Source: Peribolospora baueri (Eukaryota). Taken from it: a stretch of 64,000 nt of DNA. Both the position numbers and the translations under genes were made by a program. The stretch covers positions 62,001-126,000 of the forward strand of contig JAMDHS010000016.1 of assembly GCA_029717555.1 (NCBI GenBank), in the 5' to 3' direction. The notes beneath the pieces were generated by a model. That model was not told where the DNA came from and ran no database searches. It worked only from the letters and a program-made list of their open reading frames with translations. Below are positions 25,666 through 38,841 of this stretch, piece by piece (position 1 is the first letter of the stretch; each line of letters opens with the position of its first letter).

Positions 25666-27772
25666 ATGATCTCGCCTTCCTTCTCCCAGCTTGCCCTCCT
25701 CGTCTCCGTCGCCCTCGCATCCCTCTCTGCTCTTCCCCCTTCCAACGCCTCCACCGCCAGGCGAAGCGCACACGATGACCCACACTCGTCGCAACCCCGT
25801 TCCTCGCTCCGCCGGCTCCAGACCCGCGGCTCGAGTGCGGACGACGTCGTTCAGCGCATCAAGATGGGCTTGATCGCGGACCAGAGAGCTGTCTGGGAGC
25901 AGGGTACCGCCGCCGAAGCCATTCTCGAGCTAGACGCCGCCGACCTCAGCGTCTTCTCCCGCAAGTTTTCCGACTCTTCCTCCCACCCCCCTTACCTCGT
26001 TCTTTCCATGGCCTACGATAGCATCTCCCGCCAGGCCGCCGACGGCCGTCTCGGCATGAACCTTGGCGATGTCGTTACCTCCGCCAACTCGGGCTCCGCA
26101 ATGGACGGTGCCAGCAATGGTCCTTCCGTCCTCCTCGGCGCTGAGCTCTGGGACCACGGCGCCGGCGGCAGCGACAAGTCCGAAAGCACCAACCCCCAGT
26201 TCTGGTGGACCGCCGCGGAGAAGCAGCTCAACTATCTTCTCCAAACCGCACCCAGGGGCCCCGACGGAATCATCAGCCATCGCGCTGACGGCATCCAGTT
26301 TTGGGCCGGTGAGTGCTCATGACGAGAAACGGGAAGCCGGGCTCGTTCAGCTGTTCATCTGATCCCACGTTCGTGTTCGTGTTCGTGTTCGTGTTCGTCC
26401 GCCTCGTCCCCGACAGACGGCATGTACATGGGCTTTCCTTTCCTCGCATGTGAGTTTAAATGCGCTCGATCGGCTATATATCAGCCTTTCTTTCATCCGT
26501 CCCGTCGCTCAATCTTCTCCGTCGTATACCTTCCCCAGACTACGGCCTCGTGACGAACAACCAGAGCCTCCTTCAGACCGCTTACGAGCAGTGCTCCCTC
26601 TACCGGTGAGCGCCGTCCCGCGACTTTATATTTCCAAGTTGAGATGCTGTGACAAGTTTTGACCTTGCTTGGCTCATCTTTCGGCCTCCACCATTTCACC
26701 CCGTAGCTCGACGCTGCAGGACCAGAACTTGACGTCGCCGACGCTCGGCCTCTGGCGTCACATTATCGCCTACAACGACACCAGCAAGGCGTATAGCCCC
26801 GTAGACCCTGGCTTTTGGGCCACCGGTGAGTTTGTGTGGTCGAGTCGAGAGTCGACGACGGCCGTGCGTGGTCATCCCTGTGCTCTGTGCTCATTCCACG
26901 GTGTTCATCACATCGACCGCGACCGCCCGCAGGCAACGGCTGGGCGACCGGCGGCATGCTACGCGTCCTGGCCTCCATCTCGGCCAGCAACTACGCTTCG
27001 CAGATGTCCCAGCAGGTTCGCGACCTGATTACCTGGGTCGAGGAGATTCTCTTTGCCGCCTACCGCTATCAGGTGAGTCCGCCGTGTAGGGCCAGCTCGA
27101 AACTCGAAACGTGCACGAACCTGACTGGCCCTCGCTTCTGGCGCCTGTCAACAGGACAAATCGACGGGCCTGTTCAACAACTACGTCGACCACCTCGGAC
27201 AGACGGGTGGACCGTACTTCCTCGACTCATCCGGCTCCGCCGCACTCGCCTACGCCTCCTTCCGCATCGCCTCGCTCTCCCCAACTGGCGCGCAGTACGC
27301 CCAAAAAGCAGAGAAGCTGCGGCAGACGGTCATTTCCAATGTCTCCCCGCTCGGAAAGCTGGAGAACCCTCCGTTGGACGAAGTGAACGCGTTGAACTGG
27401 AGCGGCGATAACTCGGGAAGCCCCGAGAGTCTTGCGTTTGCTGTTCTTATGGAGGCTGCGTACCGCGACTGGAAGGCCGGTAACAGCACCGACGCCCGCG
27501 GCGTCGGCGTCGCCTACCACGGATGGCCGACTGCCAACTCGACCGCGCCTGGCAACTCGACCGCCTCATCCGGCGCGACTAGCACCGCCAACTCATCCAC
27601 GTCCGCGTCCACGTCCGCATCCGCTTCCCACTCCACCTCCACTAACAGCCCGAAGCAGAGCAGCAACGCGAACGCGTTCTCTATCCTCGCCCCGTACTTC
27701 TCTCAAGCCCCCTTGGCGGTCGCCGGCAGCACCGCCGCCGCCGCTTTGCACACCGCCTTGGCTCGGGCATAA
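25666..27772 (+). CDS. Secreted six-hairpin glycosidase, GH105/GH88-like, with Ser/Thr-rich tail and possible GPI signal
   Basis: Signal peptide MISPSFSQLALLVSVALASLSA; WEQGTAAEAILE; APRGPDGIISHR...QFWA|DGMYMGFPFLA; GLWRHI; FWATGNGWATGGMLRVLA; DSSGSAALAYA; S/T-rich linker followed by a hydrophobic C-terminus. Confidence 0.8.
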
Positions 27773-28213
27773 TCTCGTCGTTCGCCGCGTTCTCGTTCGT
27801 TCGTTCCGTTTCGTTTCGTTCCCCTCATCGACGACGCGATCCCCTCCGCCTCGGTTCGTGCGTTCATCGCGCACTATCCCCCCCCCCTCCCTCTTCCCCG
27901 TAGCATGCGTAGAGATCTATTTCCGCCCACCTACGTCACTCTCTTACTTCCCGTTCGGACCTTGTACCTAATTCAGACAGACGCTCGCCGCCGAGATGGA
28001 TGGCTGGCTGGCTCGCTCGCTTGCAACGGATGACGGACGATCGTCGCATCCGCATCAGCATTCGCATTCGCATTCACGTCTGGCCGCGTCGCTATCATCA
28101 TGAGAGGCCATGCTACAGTTCTGTGTCACAGTCACAGCCACAGCATCCATCCTAGCTGGCGTCGCCGCTGTCACCGTCGCCGTCACCGACGGGGAGACAG
28201 ACGAGCGCGCGCT

Positions 28214-29275
28214 TCAGACGCGCTTCTTCTTCCCCTCCAACGCCGGCGACGATTGGGAGGCGAGTCGGAGGGCGCCGAAGATCTCGCGACCGAAGACGTA
28301 GGTGATGAGGGCCGGGAAGACGAGCCAGAGGCCGTTGGGACTGTGAAGAAAGGAGGTTAAAGGTAAAAACAAAAAGGCAAAGGTAAAACGTAAAGGGTCG
28401 ACGGGTCGGACGTGAGCATACGGACAATACGCCTATCGTGCTCGTCGACGGCCGGAGGGACGGGACGGGACGGGACGCACATGATCCAGAGCAGGACAAA
28501 GTCGTGCCCGTTGTTGTGCCCCGTCTTGCACCAGTCGCAGAAGTGCTCCTGGAGTCGGATTCGAGGAAGGGAAAGGGCAAGAGCAGATGGGACGGGAGAT
28601 CAGAGGATGGAAGACGCACCGGGCCGGCCTTACCACCAGGGCCAGGGCGAGCATGTTACGGAAGAACGCGGGTGGGCGAGAAGGAGTGGGCGTGAAGAAA
28701 ATACTCGCCTGAAGCCAGTACAACACGGTTTTGCTGAGCGTCATGACAACGCTCGTGAAGCCCACCAGCGGCGCCGCCTCGGACGCCGGGGAGAGGTGGG
28801 CGAGGTAGAGGTAGAGAAAGTTGAGCGCACTCTCGACGACGTTGAGGGCGGATTGGGCGTTGGTGAAACCGTCGTTGGATTCGAACGAGGGGAGGCCGTA
28901 GACGTGGTCCACGTTCGCGTATAGGGCGTACCTGGCGAGAGTGATGGTGAGAGGAGAAGAAGACTCAGAGGTGCGGTGCACTTAGGGGCGAGCGGGTAGC
29001 GCGGTGGTAAGCTAGCTCACGGGCTCCAGATCCAGTGCAAGTCACCGCCGACCATGGAGCGCGGCCTGAAAAAACAGTAGCCGGCGTCCCAGACGACGAG
29101 CAGAGTCGAAAGACTGTGATGTCGTAGCGAGAAATGAGGGGAGGAGGGGGGTAGCTGACCGGGTCAGATGGGCCGCCGGGTAACTAACTGTGCTGTCGCG
29201 CTCTCTGTTCGCTCGCTCGGCTCACAGGAACCAGAGCGAGATCCATGCTCGCGGATGGTGTTGAAAGGCGGCCAT
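28214..29275 (-). CDS. EXPERA/EBP-like four-TM membrane protein
   Basis: WISLWFL...VVWDAGYCFFRPRSMVGGDLHWIWSP|YALYANVDHVYG...DGFTNAQSALNVVE...MTLSKTVLYWLQ|EHFCDWC...PNGLWLVFPALI...KKKRV*. Confidence 0.8.
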
Positions 29276-29820
29276 GGGCGCGAGGTATGTGCGAGGGTGA
29301 GCAGGCGTGAGGGAAATGCAAGTTAGTGGGCGTGCTGAGGATGGTCGACGGTGGTGGTGTAGGTGCGAGAGGGAACAAGAGGCCAGCGTCGGCAAGCCGT
29401 TGGGTGTCGCCGCCCGGGCCGAGCTCCACGTTGGAGAAAATGGTCCCTTTCGCTCATTGACGATGCCGCTCGTCGTCCTCGTATTCGTCTCTAACTCGCC
29501 TCATCCACTCACACACTCCTTCTTTTCTCTTTGTCTTTATTTCGCATGCCGTCCAAAGTCGGCCGGGGCGATACGGTGCAGCCTGTCGCCAGCCCTCGGA
29601 CGGCCTGTGCACTGTAGATGTAGGTGGTCATCGATCGTATGACCTTGGTTGACCGGAAAGACTACAGGCGCACGATGCCCAAGCTTCGTGTAACGGACAA
29701 TGACAAGCGAGAAAACCAGTCCGTTCGAAAGGCAGCTTGCCAATCGGACGAGCTGCCCGGACTATACCGGTACGTGCCCACCTTCCAACGCCTAAGCGCC
29801 CCTCACCCAAAGCCGATCAG

Positions 29821-31932
29821 TCAACCTTGGAAGAGCAACGACGCGGCTACCTCGACGTTTCCCCCGGCCGCGTCCAGGATCCTCTCCGCGTCCTGCCTGC
29901 TCGCACCTAGGCTCATGAGCGCCTGGACGTTCGCTTCCGGATGCCCGCCGCCGCCGCCTGCTCCGCCTACGCCTAGCCCACTTCCAACCCCCGCGCGGGG
30001 GCCGTGCTGGCTTCGTGGCACCGCCGCGGACGATGGTACGGAGGACGCTGGGTGGCGCGCTCCCGTCGCCGCAACTGAACCGCTCGAATCGCCGCCGCCG
30101 AGAGTGTTCCCCACGCCAGGGAACCTCGGTTGCGGCTGCGGCTGCTGCTCAGTACTTGGCCCTGCCGCCCCCATGGAAGCACCCGAAGGCACAGGCGGAG
30201 CGACAGGGTCCCCATGCTCGTCCACTTGCTCCTCTATGCGTGCGCTCGCCGGGAGCTCATGCTCGTCGAGAAAGCGGATCTTGCGTCCCTGGATTACCAG
30301 CGCGTTCGTATCCAAGTCGATGCACGCCTGATACCGTTTGAGCATGTCAAGCCCGAACAGGAGATCTACGCCACGGCCCTATGGGGTGGGATCGAGGAGA
30401 GTGTGCTTGGGGATCAGATCCTGGGCAAGCCTAACGAGGAAAGAGTGCTGGGGGATGATAATGAAGCGCATTTCTCACCTCCATGATGGTGAACGAGCAC
30501 GGCAAGAAGAGGTCACCGCCGAGCTTGATCTGGTCACTCGACGGTGAGATCAGCGATCGTCGGCAAGGTTAACTTCAAAAAAGCACGGGCCCAGCAAAGA
30601 GATGCTTACCTGCGCGGAATGGACCCTGCCCAAGATCTTGGCCGTGCCAACGCCCCGAGCGATGCCGGCGAAGCGCTTGTCGAGCAGTCGCATGATGCTA
30701 TTTCGAGGCGAAGATCGTCATTCACGTCGATGAGTCTGGAAAACAAACTGAAAGCCACGAGCGGATATTACAACCCACCCGCACTCTTCCGCCAGTTGGG
30801 GGCTCACTGGGCACGACGACGAAAGCCATGCAGAACAGTTAGCGCCCGCTAGTTTGCCACCTTAAGAGCTGCGCTCGCTCACTGATTGTTGCCTGCGCGC
30901 CGCTATCGACGAACGCCTGGGCCTTATGCCCGTTGACCTCTACGTCGATGTAAAGCATGGTGACCCTGCCAAAGTTCTCCGGGTTGTATTCCATCGCATG
31001 CTCCAAGTTCTCCATCACCCTCTCCTGCCTGATCGCCTCCTCGATCCGCTTTTGCGCTTCCACGTCAAACTCGTCTGCCGCGCCCAAATTAGCCTCCGCT
31101 TGGGCGCGGGCCAGCTCCATGGCTCGCGTCTCCTCGCGCTGTTGCTGGACAAAGGAAGGGAGGAGAGAGCCAAAGCGAGCGGGGTCTGTGCGCGCTGCAT
31201 TAGCGAGCTCCGGGTTGGTCTGGGTTGCGATGCGGCGGCGAGGCGGGTGGAAGAGACGGTGGCATGAGCATTGAGAGGAAGCAATGTGAAGCAATATGAC
31301 ATAGTATGCATTAGCAAGCACATCTCGCACTTCGACCGACGGACTGATTGCTGACCTGCTGAAGCCAGTCCATGAGCTGTGGGTTCCCAAGGAACTGCAA
31401 TCGGAACATTTCCGAGTCTTGCTCGACCGTCCTGGACGCGGGAACAACCGAGGCGAGGCGAGAAATGAGAGGAGGATGTGCATCGGTGAGGTGACTAGAT
31501 GCCCACTCGCCGGCGCTTCCAGGCTCTCTCGCTCCGCTCGACTCACCTTCCCGCAGCGTATACCTTTCTCCTTAGCAGGAGCAAGTCGTCTTGCTTGACG
31601 CCGTACGCCTCGAGCGTCTTCTTGGGGTCTTTCATCTCCTCGTCGTGGAAGTGGATACTCTGGTCTGATGCTGGAATGTCAGACTTTCGGGTTGCGCGAG
31701 AGATGGAGAGACGTCACGAAAAAAGGAACAATCAGCATCTCCGCTCAGCGCAGCAGGCGCCTGCCCCCTTAGTCGATTTAGGGGCTGAAGAGCGGCGGCG
31801 ACGTAGACAAAAGGCCGGCTTCCGCACACTAACCTCCGCCTCAAGCAAGGCCATGATGTTCTCCAGCTCGATCTGCGGGTCCACGTCGAGCGTGTAGTGG
31901 TCTCCCGCGTCGGTCGCGAAGGAGACCCTCAT
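29821..31932 (-). CDS. DDI1: DNA damage-inducible protein 1 (UBL - retroviral-like aspartyl protease - UBA)
   Basis: UBL start [106 protein letters not shown] end [31 protein letters not shown]. Confidence 0.97.
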
Positions 31933-32369
31933 GTTTGCCGCGAGCAGGGGCCGTGTTCTTCTCTCTGGTTGCGCCTTGGGGCTCGATCGGCGGCTGCGCT
32001 TGTGCGTGTGTGTTGTTTGTGATAAGAAGGTGGCTGAAAGGTGAGATAGGATGGTGGAGGGCGCAGGCAGGGACGAGAAGGGGCCGCGTCAGCCGCGCTC
32101 GCAGTCCAGTCAAGCTTTGTACGACCAAGTCGATCCGGGGAGTGATCGGCGAGGGCCACGTGGTCGGCACGTGCAACGCTCATAATATTAGGCACTGACG
32201 TTCTAATAACACGCGAACGAGAAGCTACCGCGCTGAACATTACGTATATGTGCCTCCTCCCGTGGTATGCCTTCGGCGGCTGATGACGTCTAGAGCTCCA
32301 CCCAAGTGAACCGTACTCGTACACGAATTCTTCCCCACCACACCGCCGCCCGCGACAGCATCCCCTTGC

Positions 32370-33745
32370 CTACGCCGCCTTCAGCTTCGTCTTCTCTCCC
32401 TGTCGCAGCGCCTTCTTCGCAAGCCCCTCCGACCGCTTCACGTGCGCTTCCACACCGATGCCGGCAAAGACGAGCGCGACGCCGGCCCACTGACCCGCGC
32501 TGAGCGGGTGGTCAAAAAGGAAGACGGAGAGAAGCATGGTGAAAAGCTTTCTCGTCACCGTGACGGTGACGAGGGTGAGAGAGCCAAAGTGGGCGAGGAG
32601 GTCAAAAATAAAACATTGGCCAAGCGCGCCGCAGAGAGCGTAGGAGAGGATGGGGAGCCAAGCGGAGGGGTGGGTGTGGAGGAAGGCGAGGGCCGTGGAG
32701 AGCTCTGATGCGGAGGCGGAGGTGGGATTGAGGACAGGGATGGAAGGCAGAGCGACGGAGATGGTGATAAACTGGAGCAAAGTGGCCATGAGGTTCATCA
32801 TGAACATCATCTGCGTGCCTTGGATGTCGTAGCGAGAGAAGATCTCGTCTTGCGTGCTGTTGGTGGCGCCGTCGATAATCAAGTTCGTCAGGAGCAGCGC
32901 CAGCCCCAGGATGCTCGACCCTCCCGCTGCTCCCCGACCTCCGTGCTTGGCCGCTTTGGCGGGATCGACGGGCTGGAAGAGCATGAACGCGCTGATGCCG
33001 ACGGTGACCATGCTTACGACGAGATACTTGTGAGCCGCGAACCGCCGGCGATACAGCACCACGTTCATCAGCATCACCGGCACAAGCTTGCATGATTTGC
33101 CCAGGATCATAGTCGGGTAAGAAATGTATCGAAGAGAAGCGAAGCCGAACGGCGAGGCCAACGACTGGAAGAGAGCGACCTGAATGTATCGGAAGAGGAG
33201 TGGCGAGCGCAGGACCTGTAACACGCTCAACCCCTCACCTCCCGAATGCGTTGCACAGTTCGCCTTCCCATTCGGTAGCACTCCTGCCTCTCCGTTCGTG
33301 GTCGGCGCTCCGTTGGCCTTCTCCTTCACGCTGTCACCCTCGTCCTTCTTCGCCTTGCTCTTCTTCTGACCGAACCCCTTCGCGAACTCGGGAAGACCAA
33401 ACGCCTGGCCCACACTCTGTCCGTTTGGCCGCGTCAAAAGAATGTAGATGGCGGCCACCGCTACGCTAATGGCGCTCTGAATGGTGTTGAGGAAGACGAC
33501 AGAGCGGAACTTCGTCTTTTCGCCGGTCCGTGGGTCTGTGAAGGTGGTGGATGAGACTGGCGGAAACGGGGAGAGCGAAGTGGCAATGCGAGTTAACAAA
33601 AAATAGTGAGTGACAGTGTTCCTAAGCACAGTCAGCTGTGTCACAACATGCCGTCGTACTCACGTCCCTCCTGAAGCACTCCCCAATACAAAAAGGTGGC
33701 GTAGACGCCAGCAACACAAACCGCCAAACGAAGGACGGATGACAT
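32370..33745 (-). CDS. HUT1: UDP-galactose transporter homolog (SLC35B1/HUT1)
   Basis: MSSVLRLAVCVAGVYATFLYWGVLQE|...FLNTIQS...ASPFGFASLRYISYPTMILGKSCKLVPVM...DGATNSTQDEIF...TVTRKLFTMLLSV; dilysine-like end KTKLKAA. Confidence 0.93.
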
Positions 33746-34349
33746 GTTGGCGGGACGGTTGACCAGAGGTCGACTTGGAAAGACGACTAGACGTCAAGAG
33801 AAGCTCGGACCGGCCGAGAAGTGCGAGACCAAAGGCGTCTATAAGAGAGCCAGCTGACGGCGAGTGGTGGTGAATACAAGGAAGGGCAAGTAGGTCTCGC
33901 GAGACCTTCTCGCTGGCCACAATGCCGCAGCAGATCTTGGATCGCGCCCATCAACGCGAGCCGGCGTCGCGCACCGAGGTCAACGACCCACCATCCACGG
34001 CACTCGTCTTTGCTGTCATCCAGCCTTCCACGCTGAGCGGAAGCGGTCCAGTCGCATTTCTGGAGGAGCCGTACGTTCCATGGATTATTACAAGGCCTCG
34101 TATCCCACTCGCCTGGTCGGAAACCCTAACCGCGAGCCGATCGGATTCGCGCACTCCGTCCGCGATAACGACTAGGATAGGCAACAATGTGTAATATTCA
34201 AGTCGGGCTTAACAGCACATCTTCCCTATACACAGTAGGTTCGGTCTCGGGTCGTGGATCAGTGATGCTGTTGGGCGGGCGGCTGCTGGCCTAGCTGGTC
34301 CAGAGCCCTTTCATAGTCCCGCCTGCACACAGAAAGGCAGTGGTTTATA

Positions 34350-34730
34350 TCAATATGAGTGATACCCGCATCGAGGCGCATCGAGCGACACTGAGCCTGG
34401 CAATGGGAGTATACGAGTTGGGGGCCTGATAAGGAGGGCTGGATGATCCCCCGCGGGTAGAAAAGGTCCGCCTCCCGACGATAACATGTACGAGGCCAAG
34501 CTATTAGCCATCGCGAAGGGACGAGCGGGCGACCTCACAAGAGGAGCACTCACGGGGGCAGCACGAGCGACGGGGACGCCCCAGCATTCTTCCCCGAGAG
34601 CCCGTCCGAACAGGTCCGCACGCTCCTCTTCGAAAGCCCGAGCAAACAGGTCCGTGGTGTCCTCCGGGAAAGCAGAGGCCACGCTGGTGGCGGCCGCGGC
34701 GGCGAAAACGAGCGTGGTGACGAACCGCAC
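34350..34730 (-). pseudogene. Relic of a small secreted protein (signal peptide plus DLFxRA propeptide repeats) with GTG where ATG is expected
   Basis: acaag GTG CGG TTC gives (V)RFVTTLVFAAAAATSVASAFPEDTTDLFARAFEEERADLFGRALGEEC. Downstream sequence does not resolve into a clear protein. Confidence 0.4.
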
Positions 34731-35238
34731 CTTGTAGACCTGGATCTCGATAAGGGAGAGTGTGGAAGGCGACGGTAGAAAGAGAGGTGTGTCCGGCACA
34801 GAGACGAAAGGGGAGAGCGAAGCAAATGCGACCTGCGCAATTGGAAGAATGAGGCTTGACGAGGAGAAAAAGGTGAGAATGACGAGTGAGGAGAGGACAG
34901 ACTGGCGGCTCGCAGCGTCTTTTATCCTTACAGTCGACCATCCATCCTGGCGAGCATCCGAGATCGATGGGCGAGTGCGAGCTCCACCTAGAAGTGAGAC
35001 TGCCTGCAGCGTCGGCCATGGGCTTCCTGCGCCTGCGCCCAGGTCGCTGTCAAGAACACACGAAAAGAGCAATGATCGTCGGAAAGACCATTTGGACGGA
35101 ATCATTGTCTACTGGATATACGGATGGAGCGCGACCGCGGGCGGGTGGCGTGGTGGTACCGCAACCGACAGCCGGACAGCCGACAGCGAGATTTCCGTCA
35201 AGTAGAAGGTGAGAAACAGCGTCCGCAGCTTTAGAACA

Positions 35239-37085
35239 GCGTCAAAGTTATCGGCCTCGACTTTTTTAGCGTTGTGTTTTAACATTCTAGCGACCGCCAG
35301 CTACGAGGCGCGCCAAGGCGAGTTTATCTGAACGATGTAGACCTCACATTGTGCCGTCGCTGGAAGCTCACACACGTCGCATCTGTCCGGCTCGCATCAT
35401 ATAGACGTCTGGCGTCTCATCCGCTCCATAGTCTGGATGGGCCTAGTAGAGAAGTTGTGTATGGATGAGCTCTTCTGCGACGTGACCGAAATGGTGGATG
35501 CGCACCTGTCACGCCTGCACGACATGTGACACGACTTGTTTCCCAATAACGGCGGCTCGCCATCGGATGGCAGCATAGTACACGACAAAGTGTGGTGGAG
35601 CTTCTCGCCACCCAGAGACTGGAGCAGCGGAACGGGTTCCAAATGGTGCAAATATACCCGAGACAGGCTTCTGGTACGACCCGAGCACCCCAAGCAGATT
35701 TGTCCTTTCCGATCTCAAATCCGCATTGGAATTCTCCACAGCAGCGCCGTTGGCGAATATCGACGAACACCGGCTTCGTCTCTCGCTTGCTGCGCATCTC
35801 GCCCGTCATCTACGGTCCGAGATCGCTTCCAAAGTCGGGCTTACTTGTTCGGCGGGTATCGCTAGCTCAATCAGCTCTTCAAGCCGCGTCTCGGTTCTCG
35901 TCTCTGGGCGCTTCTACACGGACGGACGAAGAGGCTGTGACGCCCACCTCTGAATTTCCGAAACAGCTTAGCCTGGAGGACACCTATCGCGGTCTGAGCA
36001 CGCGGGAAGAGAGGACGGGCACGGGCTCGGATGTACGGAAAAGGAGCGCGGCGGCGGAGGAGTTGGAGCGGTTGGGCGCGAGCTTGCTGAGGCATTTGGA
36101 GTCAGAGCTGACAGCTGAGCAGGGTAGCCAAATTCCCATCAGCTTGGGCCACTGCTGGAGGAGACGGCAGACTGCTCTTCTCCTGCAGCCAAGGAAGAGG
36201 TTGCGGAATTACCGCTCCGACGACGACACTGGCTTCGATACCCTCGTTCGGTGCGCTTGACTGTCCGGCGAGGCTGGTCGAGTCGAGAGAGTAGGACGGC
36301 TCGTATGCCGGTCGGTGTGTTCGATCTATCCATCCCACTTCAAAACAGGGCGAAGGGCCTGACGAACGCTCTGGTGCCGTTGCTTAATAGTTTAGTCGTC
36401 AAGGCAAAGGGAATGACACAGCAGGACGATGGACTGAACTTGTAAGTTGTCGAAAAGCAATCCGGCGTTATGGAGCCTAGCGCTCATCGTGGGGCGCTTT
36501 CCTCCTCATCTTCAGGCTTAACATCGCCGCGGTCGACCTTTCTTGTGAGCAGCCATCAGGCGCGCTCGATACGTTCTTTGCGTCCATGTCCCTTTCTATT
36601 GCTCCTTCCTCAGATACACCTTCCGTGTCGCAGGCGCCCACGCTCATGTCCACGCGGGCACCGGTCGAAGCCGTCGCCCTCTCTGTGCTGGCAGAGTTGC
36701 CTGCAGGTGTGAGGGAGGAGATGATGAGGCAGTACGGCATCGATCCCCCTCTTCTGCGGGTTGCAGGATCCGCCGTGGATAAACCTCAGTCGCCCCTCTT
36801 GGAAGGTTCACCGATGCCGTCAAGAGCAGCGGTAAACCAGATGGCGCGATAGACGACTCACAAAGCGGACGACTAGTTATACGGGGTGAGGAGGAAGAGC
36901 GCACCCCTTCTGAAGAGGAGGAGGAGGAGGAAGGCACGCTCACACCAGACGGATTCGATCCGCCTTCCTCGGACCCGGCCCAGCCGGCCGCTGGCGTTCG
37001 CTGCCAAACATGCTCACTTGTCATCTCGCCCTTCGTAGTTGTGGCGCATGAGTGGTTTCATGAGTTGGAGTCCAGAGGCGAATGA
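35239..37085 (+). pseudogene. Y-family DNA polymerase iota-like pseudogene
   Basis: Collinear fragments: VIGLDFFSV, NILATASYEARQ, VEKLCMDELFCDVTEMVD then TGA at 35527, LAAHLARHLRSEIASKVGLTCSAGIA, FPKQLSLEDTY, RLTVR, LNIAAVDL, UBM-like VLAELPAGVREE, UBZ-like CQTC...HEWFH. Contains stops, frameshifts and large deletions. Confidence 0.8.
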
Positions 37086-37190
37086 ATGACCGGTTTAGAC
37101 GGCGGGCGGCACGCATTTAAGCTGTGTGTCCTTGTTACCAGAAACCTCGGCTACGATCATACATGTTTGGTAAGTTATAGAGAAAGTATG

Positions 37191-38841
37191 TCAGTGCTCG
37201 ACGAGTCCGAGCTTGAGCTCCTTGCCCTCCTCCACCTTCTCCGTGTCGTGCGTCATCTTTCCGGCGATGACCTTGGCTTGGCCCTTAATCTGCGTGAGTG
37301 GAGAGAGAGAGAGTGTGTGAGGAGAGAGGCTTCTTTGGATGACGATAGGCTCTAGAGAAGAGTAGGCGCGGTGTAGAACGCTCGTCGCGCTGCTCACCTT
37401 GTCGCCCAAGGTTGGTTTATGCTTACTCCCGCTTCCCCCACTGCCCTCACTACCCTCGCTCCCCGTTCCGATGCTCCTACTACCAGACGTCGCTGCCTCG
37501 ACAGGGCCAGCATGGCGGCCCTCAAAAACGATTGTCCTGCCCGCACCAGCAGTCTGTAATCCAGCCTCGTCGAGACCCGTCTGTCCCCCGTCTTGTGCGC
37601 CAGCGGGCACCATCCCCACATCACCCGCCCCGCGGACCTCGCCCTCTCCGGGTCCACGCATTGCAGATGTGACCTTGTCTGTGCCTCGGGCGCGTTTGCT
37701 CGAATCACCGCCATCATCCCTTTTCTCGATCGACTCGAGCCGCTGGGTCAGGGCAGGATTTCTGAACGACATGTCACCGGAACTCTTCCCTTCCTCCCGG
37801 GCTGCTTTGGTGGCCTTCTCAAGTTTCTGCTTCCGGCCCGCTGAGCTCCCCGTGGGAGCGCGGTTGAGGTCGACGCCGCCGCCGGCTGCGCTAGGGTCGT
37901 GGGCTGCGAGCGCATCTGCGTCGGCACTCAAAGAGGTGCCCTTGCCCGCCGGTGTGTCGAACTCTTGAGTCTTCCCTCCTGTGGCTTGGGACATGTTGCG
38001 GTTGCCAGAAGGGAGGACGTTCTTTGCTCCGCCGCTGTCTTCATTTCGGGTGCCACAGCGGGTACCGGAACCTGGAATTGCGGCAGCGGCGGCGGGAGAG
38101 GAAGTGGCAGTGGATGCAGAGGAGGCAGGGTTAAGTACGCCTGGCACGCCTTTGATCGAACGCGTCGAGGTATCATCGTCCTTTCCCGATCCCTCTCCTT
38201 GCCCGGGGCCTTGGTCCTCTTGTTTAGCGCCGCCGTCGGTCGTGCTGCTGAGGCGCTCCGCCAGGCCAGTGAGACCGACGGCCCCCAAGCCAGCGGCCGC
38301 TGCACCCGTAGCTTTCTCAGCAGCGCCGGACAGATAGGCGTCAGCTCCACCACCTTCATGGACGTGCGCGAGCATCGAGTTGGCCTTTTCAGTCGCGCCG
38401 AGGTTTGGAGCGGCATTGTAAACTTGCTGACCGGCGCTTTGAGCCGCTTGGGAAATGTTCGTGGTAGTGCCCTGTCGAATTCGTTCACGATGGAGGAAGA
38501 GGAGGGGCGGACGAGGAAGCAGGCTCGATCCCATTCTCTGCAAGCGGCTGTGAAAGGGGACGGAAGCGGCAACGATGATCCGGCACGCGACTCGCCTTGT
38601 AATCCATCTCCCCGGTCAGCACGCCCAGCCGCTCTCCAGCCTTCCTTCCGAGATCGCCCACGGCGGCGGCGAGAGCGGTGATTGTGTCCGCCGCACCATT
38701 GGAGACGGTGGTGGAGTCGGAGGAGTAGCGATTTGGGTTGCTAGTGGAGGCGAAGCTGGTGTTTGGGCCCGAGGCGTTGGAGAGGGCGCGAATGGGGTCG
38801 CCTGCCTCGCGGTCGGCGCTGGTGGGGCCGGCGATGGACAT
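37191..38841 (-). CDS. Hydrophilin/LEA-like Gly/Ala/Ser-rich protein, 3 exons (first intron GC-AG); paralogue of 6450-7847
   Basis: Exon 1 ...ALAAAVGDLGRKAGERLGVLTGEMDYK|gcgagt; exon 2 GTTTNISQ...KPTLGDK|gtgagc; exon 3 IKGQAKVIAGKMTHDTEKVEEGKELKLGLVEH*. Confidence 0.75.
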
